Assembly: GCF_009914755.1 (NCBI RefSeq) | Contig: NC_060935.1 | DNA: 64,000 nucleotides | Direction: 5' to 3' (one strand) | Source of the DNA: the human T2T-CHM13v2.0 reference genome, Homo sapiens | Part shown: positions 21,967 through 36,409 of the stretch, in pieces | Position numbering within the stretch: position 1 is the first letter of the stretch | How the letters are laid out: each line of letters starts with the position of its first letter | Position numbers and translations under genes: made by a program | Notes under the pieces: model-generated | What the model was told of the DNA's origin: nothing | The model's input: only the letters and a program-made list of their open reading frames with translations | The model's database searches: none

Positions 21967-22725
21967 TATAAAACTACTGCAAGAAAACATTGGATAAAAT
22001 ATCCAGGACATTGGAGTGGACGAAAATTTCTTGAGTAATAGCCCATAGGCACAGGCAACCAAAGTAAAAATGTACAAATGAGATCATATCCAGTTAAAAG
22101 CCTGCACAGCAAAGGAAACAATCAACAGAGTGAAGAGACAACCCACAGAATAGGAGAAAATACTTATAAACTATCCTTCTGACAAAATATTAATAATCAG
22201 AATATGGAAGTCGAACAAATAACTCTATAGGAAAAAATCTAATGCTCTGATTTTTAAAATGGGCAAAATACACGAATAGATATTTTTCAAATGAAAACAT
22301 ACAAATGGCAAACAGGTATATGAAAAGGTGCTCCACATCCTTGATAATTAGAGAAATGCAGATCAAAACTAAAATGGCATAGTATCCCACCCTAGTTAAA
22401 ATGGTTTTTGTTTATCTAAACGACAGGAAATAACAAATGCTAGTGAGGATGTGGAGAAAAAAGAACCGTCATACACTGATGTTCAAATGTAAATCAGCAC
22501 AACCACTTAGAGAACCGTTTGGAGGTTCCTCAAAAAACTAAAAATTGAGCTAATAAATGATCCGTTAATTCCACTGCTAGGTATATACCCAAAAGAAAGA
22601 AAACCAATATATCAAAGGAATATCTGCCCTCTCGTGTTTATTGCAGCACCATTCATAATAGCCAAGATGTGGAAGTAACCTAAGTGTCTGTCAATAGTCG
22701 AATGAATAAATAAAATGTGGTATAT

Positions 22726-23435
22726 GCCATCTCACGCCAGTTAGAATGGCGATTATGAAAAAGTCAGGAAGCAACATATGCTGGAGAACATGAGGAGAAA
22801 TAGGAACACTTTTACACTGTTGGTGGGAGTGTAAATTAGTTCAACCATTATGGAAGACAGTGTGGTGATTCCTCAAGGATCTAGAACCAGAAACACAATT
22901 TGATCCAGCAATCCCATTACTGGGTATTTACCCAAAGGATTATAAATTATTCTACTATAAAGACACATGCACACGTATGGTTATTGCAGCAATATTCACA
23001 ATAACCAAGACTTGGAACCAACCCAAATGCCCATCAAGGATAGACTGGATAAAGAAAATGTGGCACATATATACCATGGAATACTACGCAGCCATAAAAA
23101 AGAACGAGTTCATGTCCTTGCAGGGACATGGATGAAGCTGGAAACCATCATTCTCAGCAAACTAACACAGGAACAGAAAACCAAACACCGCATGCTCTCA
23201 CTCATAAGTGGGAGTTGAACAATGAGAATACATGGACACAGGGAAGAGAACATCACATACCTGGGCTCGTTGGGGGCTGGGGGACAAGTGGAGGGATAGC
23301 ATTAGGAGAAATACCTAATGTGGATGATGGTTTGATGGGTGCAGCAAACCACCATGGCACAGGTATACCTATGTAACAAACATGCACATTCTGCACATGT
23401 ATCCCAGAACTTAAAGTATAATAATAATAATAATA
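22726..23435 (+). mobile_element. L1PA7/8-like 3' fragment nested in L1MA
   Basis: L1PA 3' end with (TAA)n tail; 18-bp TSD aaataaaatgtggtatat / aaagaaaatgtgatatat. Confidence 0.92.
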
Positions 23436-24152
23436 AAAGAAAATGTGATATATATACACAATGGAGTACTAGTCAGCCACAAAGATGGAAGAAGATCCTT
23501 TCATTAGAAAAAAACATAAATGGAACTGAATGGTTTATTTAAGTGAAATAAACCAGGGACAGAAAGACCAACTTTGCATGTTCTCACTTATTTGTGGAAG
23601 CTAAAAATTAAAACAATTGAAATCATTGAGATAGAAAGGAGAATGATGGTTACCAGAGGCTGGAAAGGGTAGTGAGGAGATGGGGGAAGTGGAGATTGTT
23701 AATGGGTACAAATAATAGCTAGAAAAAACTAATAAGATCTAGTATTTAATAGCACACCAGGGTGATTACAGTAAATAATAATTTAAATGTACAATTTAAC
23801 TAAAAGAGTATAATTGGAGTATTTGTAACACAAAGGATAAATGCTCGAGGTGATGGATTGCCCATTTACCATGATGTGATTATTACACATTGTATGCCTG
23901 TATCAAAATATCCCATATACCCCATAAATATATACCCATACTATGTACACACGAAAATTAAAAATAAAAAAAATCCACCTATAATTCATAATTAGAATTA
24001 GCTAATAGTGTGCTTCATAACTGCAAGATTTCTCTCATTCTTTTTGTTGTAATTTTAATATCTATTTTCCATAGCATACAGGCCTTTTACAAATATCTAA
24101 ATGAGTGGATAAATGAATAAAATGATGAATACATTATAAGTGTACAAGTTAA

Positions 24153-24533
<381 letters not shown>

Positions 24534-26698
24534 GTGTATTTTTTCTTTTTTATATGATTGCAAGTATACCATGTATACACTATTGATTAATTCCTTTTTA
24601 TTTATCATTTCTAAATTATCATGTGTCTGTAAACTATAAAATATCAATTAAAATTGCTGTATAGTATTCCACTGAGTGATTGATTAATTTATCTTGCCAG
24701 TATTATCTCTTTAGATATCGAGGCTGCTTTCCATTATTTTTATTATAACTAGCACAACCAGCAATATCTTTATTCAGAACCACAAGCATATTTGATACAT
24801 GGCATAATAACATTATGAACTTATTCTTATCCTCAAATACTTATCTTTACACCCCACCGGCAAAAACACATTTGCTAAGTTTTTCAAAAAAATTTTTTTT
24901 GTGTGAAAAATGTTTGTGGGCTTAGATTTTGCTACAAAGAGCATTTAATTTTATTTCTTCTTGTTGTTTTGAGAAAAATGTTCAACGATTTATGCATTAT
25001 TAACATACTGCACATTGTATTGGATTAAAACGTTCAGAGCCCATTTACATGCTCTGTATGCTGCTCTAAGGTTGAAATTTAGACAAAGCTTTTCCCATAT
25101 TCCTGGCTGACTTCCAGGGAGAAAATTGCTTGACTAGGTGAGAAGCAAGGTACAAGGCAGGTATTATTCCAGTTGATACAGTTTATACATGTATCAGTGT
25201 GCTAATTTGCCAAGGAAGGAATAAATTTTGGACATTCTTCCCACCAACAAAATTTTTTAGAAACTTATTCTTACTCACAGATTTTTATGCTGTATATAAT
25301 AAAACACTCTCCATTGCAGAGACTTCCTCACTTTATGAACTGATTATGCCACACAGAGGTTTCCCAGGCAGCATCTGTTGCTACGACTATTTGCTCTTTA
25401 TCCAGACATTGGCTTAACATTTGAACCCACAGGCTGAGTTTAAATACGTTGGATTAGTTATAGGCCACATGCTTTTGTATTTTATTATGTTATTAGATAA
25501 AATTACAGATACATGAATTGCTAACCAATTTTGCTTTTGTAATACAATGGACTGGTATGGAAACGCAAGTAAAAAATAGTGGAAAAATTATGTTATAAAT
25601 CTAAAAAAAGAGGCTGATAAATCTCATGAAGAAATGCAAACTGAGAAAACCTAATTGTGATACAACCCATGGCTTCTTGTAACACATTACATGGTTTTTT
25701 GAAGACTTACTTTACTTATCTGTCTCTCCCACTTAAGATAATCTCCTTGAGGACAATAGTTTTGTATATTACATTTCTATATAAGCATAACTTAGCCCAA
25801 GTGTCATAAAAGATATTTAATAAATCTAGGCCTATCAAATAAGTATAATATAAACCAACACCAATGGTGTGACACAATTAGTTTTGAAAGAGAACAGATG
25901 ACATTGTAGGTATAAACATCAGTTTGGTGGATAACTCAGATGAGGCCATTATACGATCACGCAGAGTAATGAAGTTATGCAGGTAAATCTCCTTAAAAGC
26001 AGCAAACATCCTTTACCTTTTTATTTTAAAAAATTAAACAGAAAATTAAATGCAGCAACATATATTAATTACTATATTGAGTACAAAGTTAAACAGCCAC
26101 TAAATCATGAAGTGCAAAAAGTTTTTCCTATAATTGTAAACCCATCCACGTTAAGCAAATGTTGGATTTTAATTTGTAATCAAGCTCCAGAATACATTCT
26201 TTAATTAAATAAAAACCCTCCTTTAATGCAAAGTTAAATTTTCAAATTTAAGCCACCAAAATTAAGAAAAAAATCAAAGCTAAGCTTCTTGTGAGAGCAT
26301 GGAGTACATAATAAACAATGAGCAAATAACATCTTATATTAGATGCTATAATGTAAGCAAATATTGTTGTAAGCAGCTTAGTGTCTGTCTACATTTAACA
26401 ACTTTGTTGCTTTCATTTTCAAGATTAAGTCCTTTCCATGACTAATGCTTTTTGATAGATATTTTCTTTTTATTTTTTCTTTTTTTGTGGAGGTGGTGGG
26501 TGGGGTGGAATTTAAGGCTAGTTGTACTTCATTGGGGGTAAAGTTTGAAAATCTTATTTTCAAACTAAACCTCTCTAAAGAGTGCCTGCCTCCATTTTGT
26601 ACCTTTATAGCAGTACAGGAAAGCCATTCACCTGCCCCCAGCTTTCAAAGAAAGCATTTGCATATCCTACTTCTGTTCTTGCTTGGGTCCTAGTTCCT

Positions 26699-26991
26699 TT
26701 TTTTTTTTTTTTTTTGAGATAAGTCTTGCTCTTGTCCCCCAGGCTTGAGTGCAATGGCTGGATCTTGGCTCACTGCAACTTCCACCTCCAGATTCAAATG
26801 ATTCTCCTGTCTCTGACTCCCAAGTAGCTGGGATTAAGGCGCCCCCATGCCCAGCTAATTTTTGTATTTTTAGTAGATACGGGGTTTCACCATGTTGGCC
26901 AGGCTGGTCTGGAACTCCTGACCTCGGGTGATCTGCCCACCTCGGCCTCCCAAAGTGATGGAATTACAGGCATGAGCCTCTGAGCCAGGAC
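26699..26991 (-). mobile_element. AluS (Sq/Sp-like)
   Basis: Poly-T, antisense Alu, TSD cctagttcct. Confidence 0.95.
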
Positions 26992-27859
26992 CCTAGTTCC
27001 TCTTATTTTGAGGCCACTTTTCTTTCTCATCTTCTCTTTCATTTCTCTGTCTCAGATTAACTTGCGCTTTAAACTTTGGTCTTCTAGCCCAGTCAATCCT
27101 CAACTGCCACAGGGTCACTTTGGGCATGAATCTGATTCCCAGTATTTTTCTTGGACTTTATTGATGCTTCAACAGACGAAGAGCAGAAATGAACTTGCAA
27201 AACTGTACAAATTTCAATAGAAAGCATTGTTTTTGTTGTTGTTGATCTTATCTAGTTTTATAGTAAGTCCCGAAGTCCCAGAAGTTTAGCATTTAAATCT
27301 TTGAATCATTACCTTTAAAAAAAAAATGATCATTAACAGATATCAAAGCATCTGAAATCAAAACTAGGCTTGCAAAACTGATACCAAGCACCATTAGAGA
27401 TCAGTACTACCACTTGTTTGCCTTTAAAAAAATGTGGGGTCACTCAGTAATGAATTTTGCTCCCCTTTAGTAGGATGCTAAATGAATACTGCCAGTAATT
27501 GTATAAAATTAAGACTTTATACTGGCTGCATTCAATCCCAGGAATGGATAATGAAATACATAAAGGTCTTGCAATTACTCCAGGAGAGGATGCTTTTAGA
27601 ATATGGTCTTCCTCTAATAAAACTCATCCCTAACTCAAGCTCATTTACATTGTTGTTTGTGAATATCCCTCATTAGAATCGCCCTTACTCAAAGTATCTT
27701 TCCTGTTTGTTCAGTGTTCAGTGTTCCTGGGGGGAAAAAATCTCATACCTTAGCAGTGTTAAGTTTAGTTGCCAAAAACCATGTCTCAAATACAAAATTT
27801 TTATAAAGGCTGCTGTTACGAAAAGCATGAGGGGCTTTGCAAGGGATGGGAACACCGGG

Positions 27860-28030
27860 ACTATATCCTGCTTGACCACTTGTTAGCTGCAGAACTGTGG
27901 GCAAGTCAATTTACCTCTTATAGTCTCAGATTCCTTGTCTCTAAACTGGACATAAAAATGATTTCTCAAATATTTAGGACTGCATGTGCAATTTAAATGA
28001 ATGCATATAGTGTAGTTGGCAGGCATAAGA
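27860..28030 (+). mobile_element. MIR remnant
   Basis: 'ccacttgttagctgcagaactgtgggcaagtcaatttacctc...ctcagattccttgtctctaaa'. Confidence 0.7.
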
Positions 28031-28399
28031 GCTGACAGATACCAGAATCTTCAAATGGTAAATAGTAGCTCTTATTGGCTTTCTGAGTACTTATAACAGT
28101 GGCTCTGCAGCTGAGCTGCTTTGAAAAAAAAAGCAATATTTATTCATGTTTTACATTTAAACATTGAGTGAATGAGTAGATTTTTAAAATTTTTAATTTT
28201 TTACCCCTGATTGTTTTATCTTTCTAAAACATTAAGTACTTGGCACATTTTTTTCAAATGAGTATTTGAATATGAGGAAAATACACAGAACAACAAAGCA
28301 ATCATAACCAAACAATTTCTCCTCCTAAACGCCCATGTTAATAAGTTTAGTTTTTATTCTATTAGCTTAATTAGTTTTTTTTCTTAGAATGGTAAGATA

Positions 28400-28590
28400 G
28401 CAGAGTGATGAGAAGTATAAAATCTTGAACCACATTGCACTGGTGGTCTACTAAGTTGTAAGACTTTAGGCAAATCACCTTAGCTCTTTTGTCGCAGGTT
28501 CTTCACAGGTTAAATTGATACTATGGTAGTATCTCTTCAGAGCGATTTTGATATAAATTAATCAATATTTTTAAAGATATTACAACAAAA
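28400..28590 (+). mobile_element. MIR remnant
   Basis: 'ctactaagttgtaagactttaggcaaatcaccttagctct'. Confidence 0.5.
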
Positions 28591-29066
28591 CTTAATTATA
28601 AAATAAATAGCTAACCAAAGCAAATGGATAGGATGGATTTAATATGCTAGAACTATATTAGTATTTTATGTGCTGCATTGCCTAGAAATTAAGATTTTCC
28701 TTGAAATTAAGATTTTCAAGCAGAAAAGATTGGGGAAGAAAAGATGAGAAACTAATCAGAAACTAAAGCCTTCAGCAGTATCTCTCCTAGGTTATTTTAA
28801 CAGGCATGGGACGTACTAAAAAGAAACTGTATATCCTGGATGTAGATATACAAACTGTATTCAGTTGGCTCAAATGCAGACCTGGAGATCTGAAGTCACA
28901 TTAATCTCTGCCTGGAGGGCTTTAATTTATTGCTATATTTCCCAGTTGATGTTTCTGTCAAGAACAGCTCTTTTTGGGCCAAACCTGGGTGTCTGCCAGG
29001 GCTGGAGGCTTTTACACCCCACATAGATGTAGAGGGCAAAGTTTGGAGATATAATAACATCTAGAG

Positions 29067-29287
29067 AAGGGTTTCTCAACCATAGCTCTAATGACATTTA
29101 GGGCCAGATAATTTTACATTATGGGCATTTGTCCTGTGCATTGTGAGATGTTTAGCAGCATCTCTGGCCTCTACCTACTGGATGCTAGTAACACCTCTCT
29201 CCCCTAGTTTAGGACAGCATACAAATTTTTCTAAACATTATCAAATGTCACCTGGGAGACAAAATTTCACCCAGTGGAGAACTGCTG
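29067..29287 (-). mobile_element. MER20 hAT DNA transposon
   Basis: 'gggtttctcaacc...gatgtttagcagcatctctggcctctacctactggatgctagta...gagaactgctg'; 8-bp TSD atctagag/ctctagag. Confidence 0.9.
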
Positions 29288-29649
29288 CTCTAGAGATAAG
29301 ATAACTATAAGAAGCTATAAATTATTGGCTATAAATAATCTCATTGTCTCTATATGAAAACCTTAAGTAGAGTATCACCAAAAGAACACCACAAAGAATT
29401 AAAACATTAACACAACCTAAACAAATAATGTAGAAGCTGAGAATGAAGGATGGTTTGATATCAAGAAATCTGTTTATCAAGACATAATGTGGTTGGTAGG
29501 TGCCAAGAATTAAAGAACTTAATCATATCTCAATTTCTTCCAGAAAGGTATTTTTTAAAGCTCAAAAATTATTTTAAATAAAAGATACATACAAGAATAA
29601 TAAATAGTGGGGTATTTTTTAAACATGTAAAAATAATCTTTTAAAATGT

Positions 29650-31790
29650 GTTTACCAATTCAACAAATATGTTAATATCTGTACTATTTTATTTACTATA
29701 TGTGTGGTCAAAATATAGCGAGTTTTAGAAAACATAGAAGTCCCTACTTTTAGGGAGCTTACATTCTAGATGTGCTTGTAGAGTAGAGAAAATAAATACA
29801 CAAAATGATTAAAAACATGAGGGGAAAGAAAGCTCTTAGATAGAGTGGTCAAGGAATGAGCCTTAACAAAGTGGCATTTTAGCTAAAACCTGAGGAATAA
29901 AGAACATCCAGCCACAAGGAGAGCCTGGAGATAAGCATTAGGGGAATTGATGAAAGCTAAGATATTAAAGCTGAAAAGAGCTTAGAACCACAACAAAGGA
30001 AACAGAGTAGTTGAGTGTGTGAGCGAAGGAAAGGCAAAGCACAATAAGACCAGAGGGGCAAACAGACACCAAGTATTGATGAGAGATTGGATTTTATTCT
30101 AAGTGCAGTGGAAAGCAGTGTTAAGGTTTAAGTGGGAAGATGGCAGAATACGATTTCCATTTTTAAAAGAGTCCCCTGCTGTGTGACAAATGGAATTGAG
30201 CAGAGGCAACAGTAGGAGCAGAGAAATCAGTATTTAGAAATCAGTGCTATAGTAGCTTATGCTTAACATGGTTGTGCCTTGGTGTGGAGAGTGGAGATGG
30301 AGTTGGGGGAAAGTGGATAGATTTGAGATATTTTGAAGACAGAACTGATAGAGCTTGCAAATTGTGTGGAAGGAAAGCATCAAGACTCTATTACATTATT
30401 GGCTTAAGCAACTGGAGAAATAATGATATTGTTTGGTGATATGCAAGACAGAGAGTGATTTTTAGGAGAAGCAGGGGCCACAGATCAAAGTTTCAGTAAC
30501 AGCAGGGAGACAGTTGCATACATGAACATGAATATGCAAGCTCAGGGGAGAAGTCATAACATGAGGTAAGGCATTTGGGGGTCACTAAAAAATTAGTATT
30601 TTTTTTTTGTTTTTGAGACAGAGTCTTGCTCTGTCTCCCAGGCTGAAGTGCAATGGCATCATCTCAGCTCATCCCTAGTAGCTAGGATTACAGGTGCATG
30701 CCACCATGGCCAGCTAATTTTATTTGTATTTTTCGTAGAGATGGGGTTTTGCCATGTTAACCAGGTTGTTCTCAAACTCCTGACCTCAGGTGATCCACCC
30801 ACCTCAGCCTCCCAAAGTGTTGGGATTACAGGCATGAGCCAGTGTGCCCAGCCAAAAATAAGTAGTATTTAAAACCATGGGAAACAATTTGAACAGCCAA
30901 ATAGATATGACAGAGAAAGGGGAGGAGGAGGATCCGAAACTTGGCCCCGGTGTTCTAAACACAAGAGATTGAGTAGGGAAGATGGAGTAAACGAAAGTAA
31001 AAGTTGCAACAACAGGGTTAATAAAACCAAAATGAAAATTGTTTCAAAAAGGCAAAGCATGCTGAATATGCTGATGTGTTAAGTAAGTCTAAGACTCAGG
31101 ATTGTTCCTTAGTCTTGATAACATCCAGGTCATTGGTGACTGTGACATGAGTTTGGCAGAATAGTGGGAGAGGGAGCCAGAATGAAATGGGTTAAAGAGG
31201 CAGAAAAGGGCAGAAAAAAGGCAAAACTTAAGGCAAGATATGTTCTCAAATGAGGTTTTGCTTTGTTTTCAACAGGAATGATACTAGACCATGTTGTTTT
31301 GTCGGTGGTGGTAATTTATGGAGAGAGAGGAGGGCAAGGAGAATAAAACAGTAAAAGAGAAAATGAATAAATAAGTTTTCTGCAGAGGCAAATTACTTGC
31401 TCAAAGAAAATACACTGGGATCCAGTATACTAATGGATTTATTGGTAGAGAGGAGCAGGGTTCTGTCATTTTAATGAGAAAATATGGATAAAGATGTAGG
31501 TGCATTTGTAGATGTGATGAAGGTAAAACAAGGGAACACCAGTCAGATGGTCTCTATTTTTTCAAAGTAACAGGAAGGAAGGTCGTCAGCTAAGAACAAG
31601 TGGGTAAGGGGTCTGTGAGAGGTTTCAGGAAAGAAAAGAGGTTATGAGTGAAAATCCAAAATTGTACTGAGTTGTGAAACTGTAGGATTTTTACATTACA
31701 TGGTAAAGAAGAATAGCCACAATTTAAGAGACATTGGAAAGAAGGAAATTGATAAAGCTCTATTTGCAGATTGAAGTGTTTGTACACTGA
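29650..31790 (-). mobile_element. Long L2 remnant (interrupted by Alu)
   Basis: Purine-rich antisense L2 motifs: 'gggagcttacattctag', 'ttggattttattctaagtgcagtggaaagc', 'ggcttaagcaactgg', 'aggtcattggtgact'. Confidence 0.75.
30599..30853 (-). mobile_element. Alu with internal deletion in right arm
   Basis: Antisense Alu missing about 45 bp after 'ctcagctca'; flanks aaaaattagtattt / aaaaataagtagtattt. Confidence 0.92.
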
Positions 31791-33799
31791 GATCCAAGAA
31801 ATTTCCTATTAATGGCAATTCATTAAAGTGGCTGGTTAGAGAATACAAACGTAAGTCTCAGCAGCATTTATAGATATCGGCAATAATTTCTTAAAAAACA
31901 AAATGGACAATTACCACTTTCTCATATTATATCTGTATTTAATATCATGGCTAAGCTATACTTTGAACTATTGATCCATGCATTTTTTGTGTAATTTTCT
32001 TCCTTCAGATCTTTCAGTGGTATCTTGAAGGCCCCTTTTCTTCTCCCCTTATGTCTGCTGAGAAAAACACTGGAGAGGTCACAGACCCAAGAGCCAGCAG
32101 GAAAGATTCAGATGATTAGAAAGAAAATGAATTGTGAATTGCTCATATATCCTCCCCTGTGAAAAAGTCTTCAACACTCTGGACAACTGTAAGCCCCTCT
32201 AAATGGAAGGATGGCAAACTTGTACTCCTTGGAGTCGGAAAAGAGGGGGCAAATATAGAATATTGTTCCATAGCCAAGAAACAACTGGACTTAACTAATT
32301 AGAAACGCCACCCCTGCTGCATATGTTTACTTGTTTATTGTCACTTTAACAATTCCCTAATGATAGTCAATAAGCTATTTGCAATATTACTGTAAGGCAC
32401 ATTCTTTGTATGTGTCTTTGATTTCATGCATACTGTGCCTTTTTGGTTGATCCTCAGAATAGGGCCACCACTAATTTTTACCACCACCAGCAATGACTGG
32501 CAACTTGTTGTCAAATTGGCAGAACTTTTTGGCTATTTTCTTTCATAACCTTCCAATGAAATTATGTGGCATATGTAACTACTATATTTTGTAATTTGTT
32601 TGTATTTGTTTCTACATGTGGCCCTGTTGATGCCCAATTATTTTAAGGAAAGGAGAGAGGTGTTTAAAATGCATTAATATGCCAATTTTCTGGTGTTATT
32701 GAAATCGTCACCTAAATCTACTCCAAAGTTGTTCAGGACTCTCTCACTTTAGAGACACTTAACCAAGTTAGTCCAGGGTCAGCTGACCAATTCCCATTTT
32801 CCTTCCTTTGCTGGTTTTGTTTTGAGTGTCCAGGGGTTGCCTTAGGCTGGGTAGTTGGTCTCTCTAGTTTCAATATCAACTCTAGGTGTGACCCACTAGA
32901 GAGCTTTACATTCTGCGTAGAAAGCTTGTTTCTCGCAGTAAATTTGCACTTAAGTGTCTCCATGGTTCTCTAAGGGGAACCCAGGGGAAGCTGCTTTTAT
33001 CTCCAAGTCATCTTGTCCCAGACATGATACAAGATGTGAGTTGTCTGCACATCTCTGTTGCTCCATTAGCCAGATCCCTTCTGCTTTCTATGTTCTAGTC
33101 ATTCTTCAAATGGTCTCAGCAACAATTTATCATTTTTTAGTGCTCTTCACCAAAGAAGAGCACTAAAGTCTTTTAAACTTTGACGTCCTTATTTTTAATT
33201 TACAATATTTCGACTATTTCTTATTCATAGAAATCTGTTATTGTTTCATATGCCTTGAGTCCTTCTAGGGATAAATAATTTAATTAAAGGTAAAGTTTTC
33301 CATCATTTATTTAAGGCTACCTTGAACATTACTTCTGGTTGTTGTGTGTTTTTTCTTTGGTGTTGCTCTTCCTTACACATTGAGTGAGTTTTGGATATCC
33401 ATTTATTCCTGTGGTTGAAATACATGAAAATTCCTGTTCACCTGCTGAGACTACGTGTTCTAGGTATTGAGAAGGCATCAATACATTAGAGCAGGCATGA
33501 GAGAAAATCACTTCGCAGAGCATCCCCTAGTTTCCTGGCTTGAGGGTTCACTGGGGAATGGCTGTCTTTGCAACTTTAAACAGAAGCCTAAAGCCTGCAA
33601 AGAAGCCTTTGCCTTCTGCCTCCCTCGGCTATATGTGTGTTGCTTTAGTGATTCTGATTCTTTCTGCATCCCAGCAGTCATGCTGGGAGTCCTCCCCAGG
33701 CAGATACATTACCGTTTTCCAGACCATTTTAATACAATCACAGAAGGGAGAAAGAGGAAGCATAGGAAATGTACTAGGGCAAGGGAGGCTGAGCCGCTT

Positions 33800-33945
33800 T
33801 TCTTAATCATTCATTATACTGTGTACATCATGCTACAATGTTTTTATTCATCTCATTTAATCCTCTCAGCAGCTTTTCAAGATAGTTATTATTCAGCATT
33901 TTATGGGTAAAGAAAATGAGAGATACAGGTCAAATAAATTGATAG
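33800..33945 (-). mobile_element. MIR remnant
   Basis: 'tctcatttaatcctctcagcagc...tattattcagcattttatgggtaaagaaaatgag'. Confidence 0.65.
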
Positions 33946-36409
33946 GTTCAAAAGGAGACAAAAAGTTCGCATTTAATTTTAATTTTTATCTTTAGACCAG
34001 TCTTTTGCCTTAGGAAGTAGTAATATGGTTTACTTTAACCACACTTAGGTAGACTTCCTCAAACCCAATAACCATCCTTTTATTACTCTCTAGGTTTAGA
34101 AAAACCTTTGCTAAATTTTCTCCAGTTTCCAGCTTGGGAAGCTGTGGCTCAGTCAGATATATCATAACAGGTCATATTCCAATAGCAAGGGAAAGTCATT
34201 CATTTTGTAAATTAGAAGGTATTTTTCAACAAAGATCATATATTTTAGTTAGGTGTCTTCATCCCCAGCAGCAGCAGAATGTGCATGATATGATTGAGAC
34301 ATTGGCCATATCAGTAGCTGTCACAATTTATATTGATTGTACTAGCTAGGCTGTGTCCTCTTTTCCCCTCACCACCCCTAATATATCCCTTTGGACTCAT
34401 TCTCTGGAAATAATAATGAAAACCAATCATTAATTATGAGTACAACCTCAAAAATTTTAGAAGTTACCTGGGAAGAGAAGAGGAGTTTATAAGAAGGCAG
34501 ATATAAACATCTAAGATAATAGGTTGGAGAGATGGAATGATCAGGTTAAAAGGGCCTGAATTTGAGAATCACTTGGTTTTTGAAGTCTGGGACCCAGCTG
34601 GATGAAAGGCATGTTGTCTTCAACAGTACTTACTGATAAATATCTATGGGATATTGTTATGGGGATAAAAAGATTTTAGAGGGGCAGCATAAGATAAAAG
34701 ACTGTCTCCAGTTTTGTTTTTGCCATTAACTAACTCTTCTTCTCCAGCCACCTACCCTCTTTTTGTGTAAAACGAAGCAGTTGCCCTAATTTTAAGTGTC
34801 CTTCTAACTTTAAGAGACTATGAAACTGACATGTATCCCACAAGCTAGAGTGCAAGGTTATCTACAGGAAAAGAGGAGGAGAGCAACCAGACAGCACATT
34901 TAAGTGCCAGGAGGGCAAGAGAATAAATGTCTCACAAACCAAAGGAAGGAATAAAGCTCATGCCCAGCCTCTTCTAAGGTTTACGTGAGCAAAGGATTTT
35001 AGAAGTCCTTTGCAAACTGGGAAGTTCTATATAAACGTGAGAGCTGATTTTCTTTTTTCGTAGTCATTTACAGATCTCCTTATCTGTGCCAGCCACTTTT
35101 TTAGGCACCAAAAATGCTAAAGACTCTTGCTTAGCAATGTAGAAAGCAGTCTTTATTGTGGGCAGGGAACATTTTTGCAGATAATATGACTTCACAGAGC
35201 ATTTCCAATTAAAAGTTGGGTACAAAACAGAGATTTTTGGGTGATTGCCTTGGGGTAAGGCTTGAAAGGATAAGTCATAGGGAACTCCTGTCATAAAGAC
35301 CATGAGCTGTCTGCTGTAACCCAGCAGCCTGAGGGCTGAAGAGAGTGGTTCTAATAGGTGGATGAAATTATAGTCACTGCCTTCCAAAATATCTTATTCT
35401 ATTTCCATAATAAGCTAGACTATAAATGAGTTATGTTGAAAGATAATAAATAAAAATGTGAAGGCTTACTTCTGAGTGTATGAAAAACTTGGCTCTCCTT
35501 TACAAATCACTGGGATTCCAAAGCACCAGACAAATCCCATCACCAATGACTTCTACTGATGCACTGGAGAGGGATGAGTCATAAAATGCAGAGTAGAGGG
35601 AGGACAGACAACAAGCAAATAGTCTTATCTATAAATGCACGCAGTCCTTTGTTCTAATGCTGAAGGAGTAGAACATAGTTCAGTGACAGAGTTGAATAAG
35701 AAAGTCCTAATTTAGATTGGGTGGCCAATATGAAGAGGCAAGTTTTAAACTGAGTCAGAAAGAGTGAGTAGGAGTAGCCAGCCGCAGACTTGAGAGCCAA
35801 GAGTAGCAGCATGGAGGAAAAAAGCCAGGGCATAAAAGAACCGGGCACATTTGAGCAGGCTTCACCTTCAGAAATCCTATTCATCTAACCTGGGAAATGC
35901 CAGAGACCACTAGGAAAGCCTCCATAAAGTTACTTTTTTTTTTTCAGCTGCTTCCTAGTCAACAAATCTTTTGTATATCAATGAACTCGTCATTAAAATA
36001 AAAACAAGAACAACAAAAACAAAAGGCTCCCAAATTTAGGAAGGCGACATAAGAATAGTAGCCCACTGTTCCATTATTGCTCAAAGTACTTTAACTGTTA
36101 CCTTATTTATAGAAACTCTCCCATATTTATGCTCAAAGCTATATTTGCTTGACTAGTAGAAAATTTCAAAAAAGACCAAGAATTAGGAAGTTTGTACCAT
36201 TCTGTCTAAGACAAGGTCCCTTTGCTACATAAAGTCCCCTGGATGGACAGAAAGTTGAACCTTTAGCATTAGTGCCTACCACCTATTCTGTCTCCCTTTC
36301 TGGTTGTTCTCTTCCATTTTAGTAGTTTCCTAGAGTTGTTGTGTTATGTTTATACATAACAGATATATGTAATCTGTGTATTATGTTTACATAATTACTT
36401 GTTACATAA

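Noticed and set aside
28685-28720. 18-bp tandem duplication gaaattaagattttc
   Set aside because: Ordinary slippage duplication with only two units.
33467-33910. 147-aa ORF in unique sequence
   Set aside because: Non-ATG start, no recognisable domain, and the 3' end runs into a MIR.
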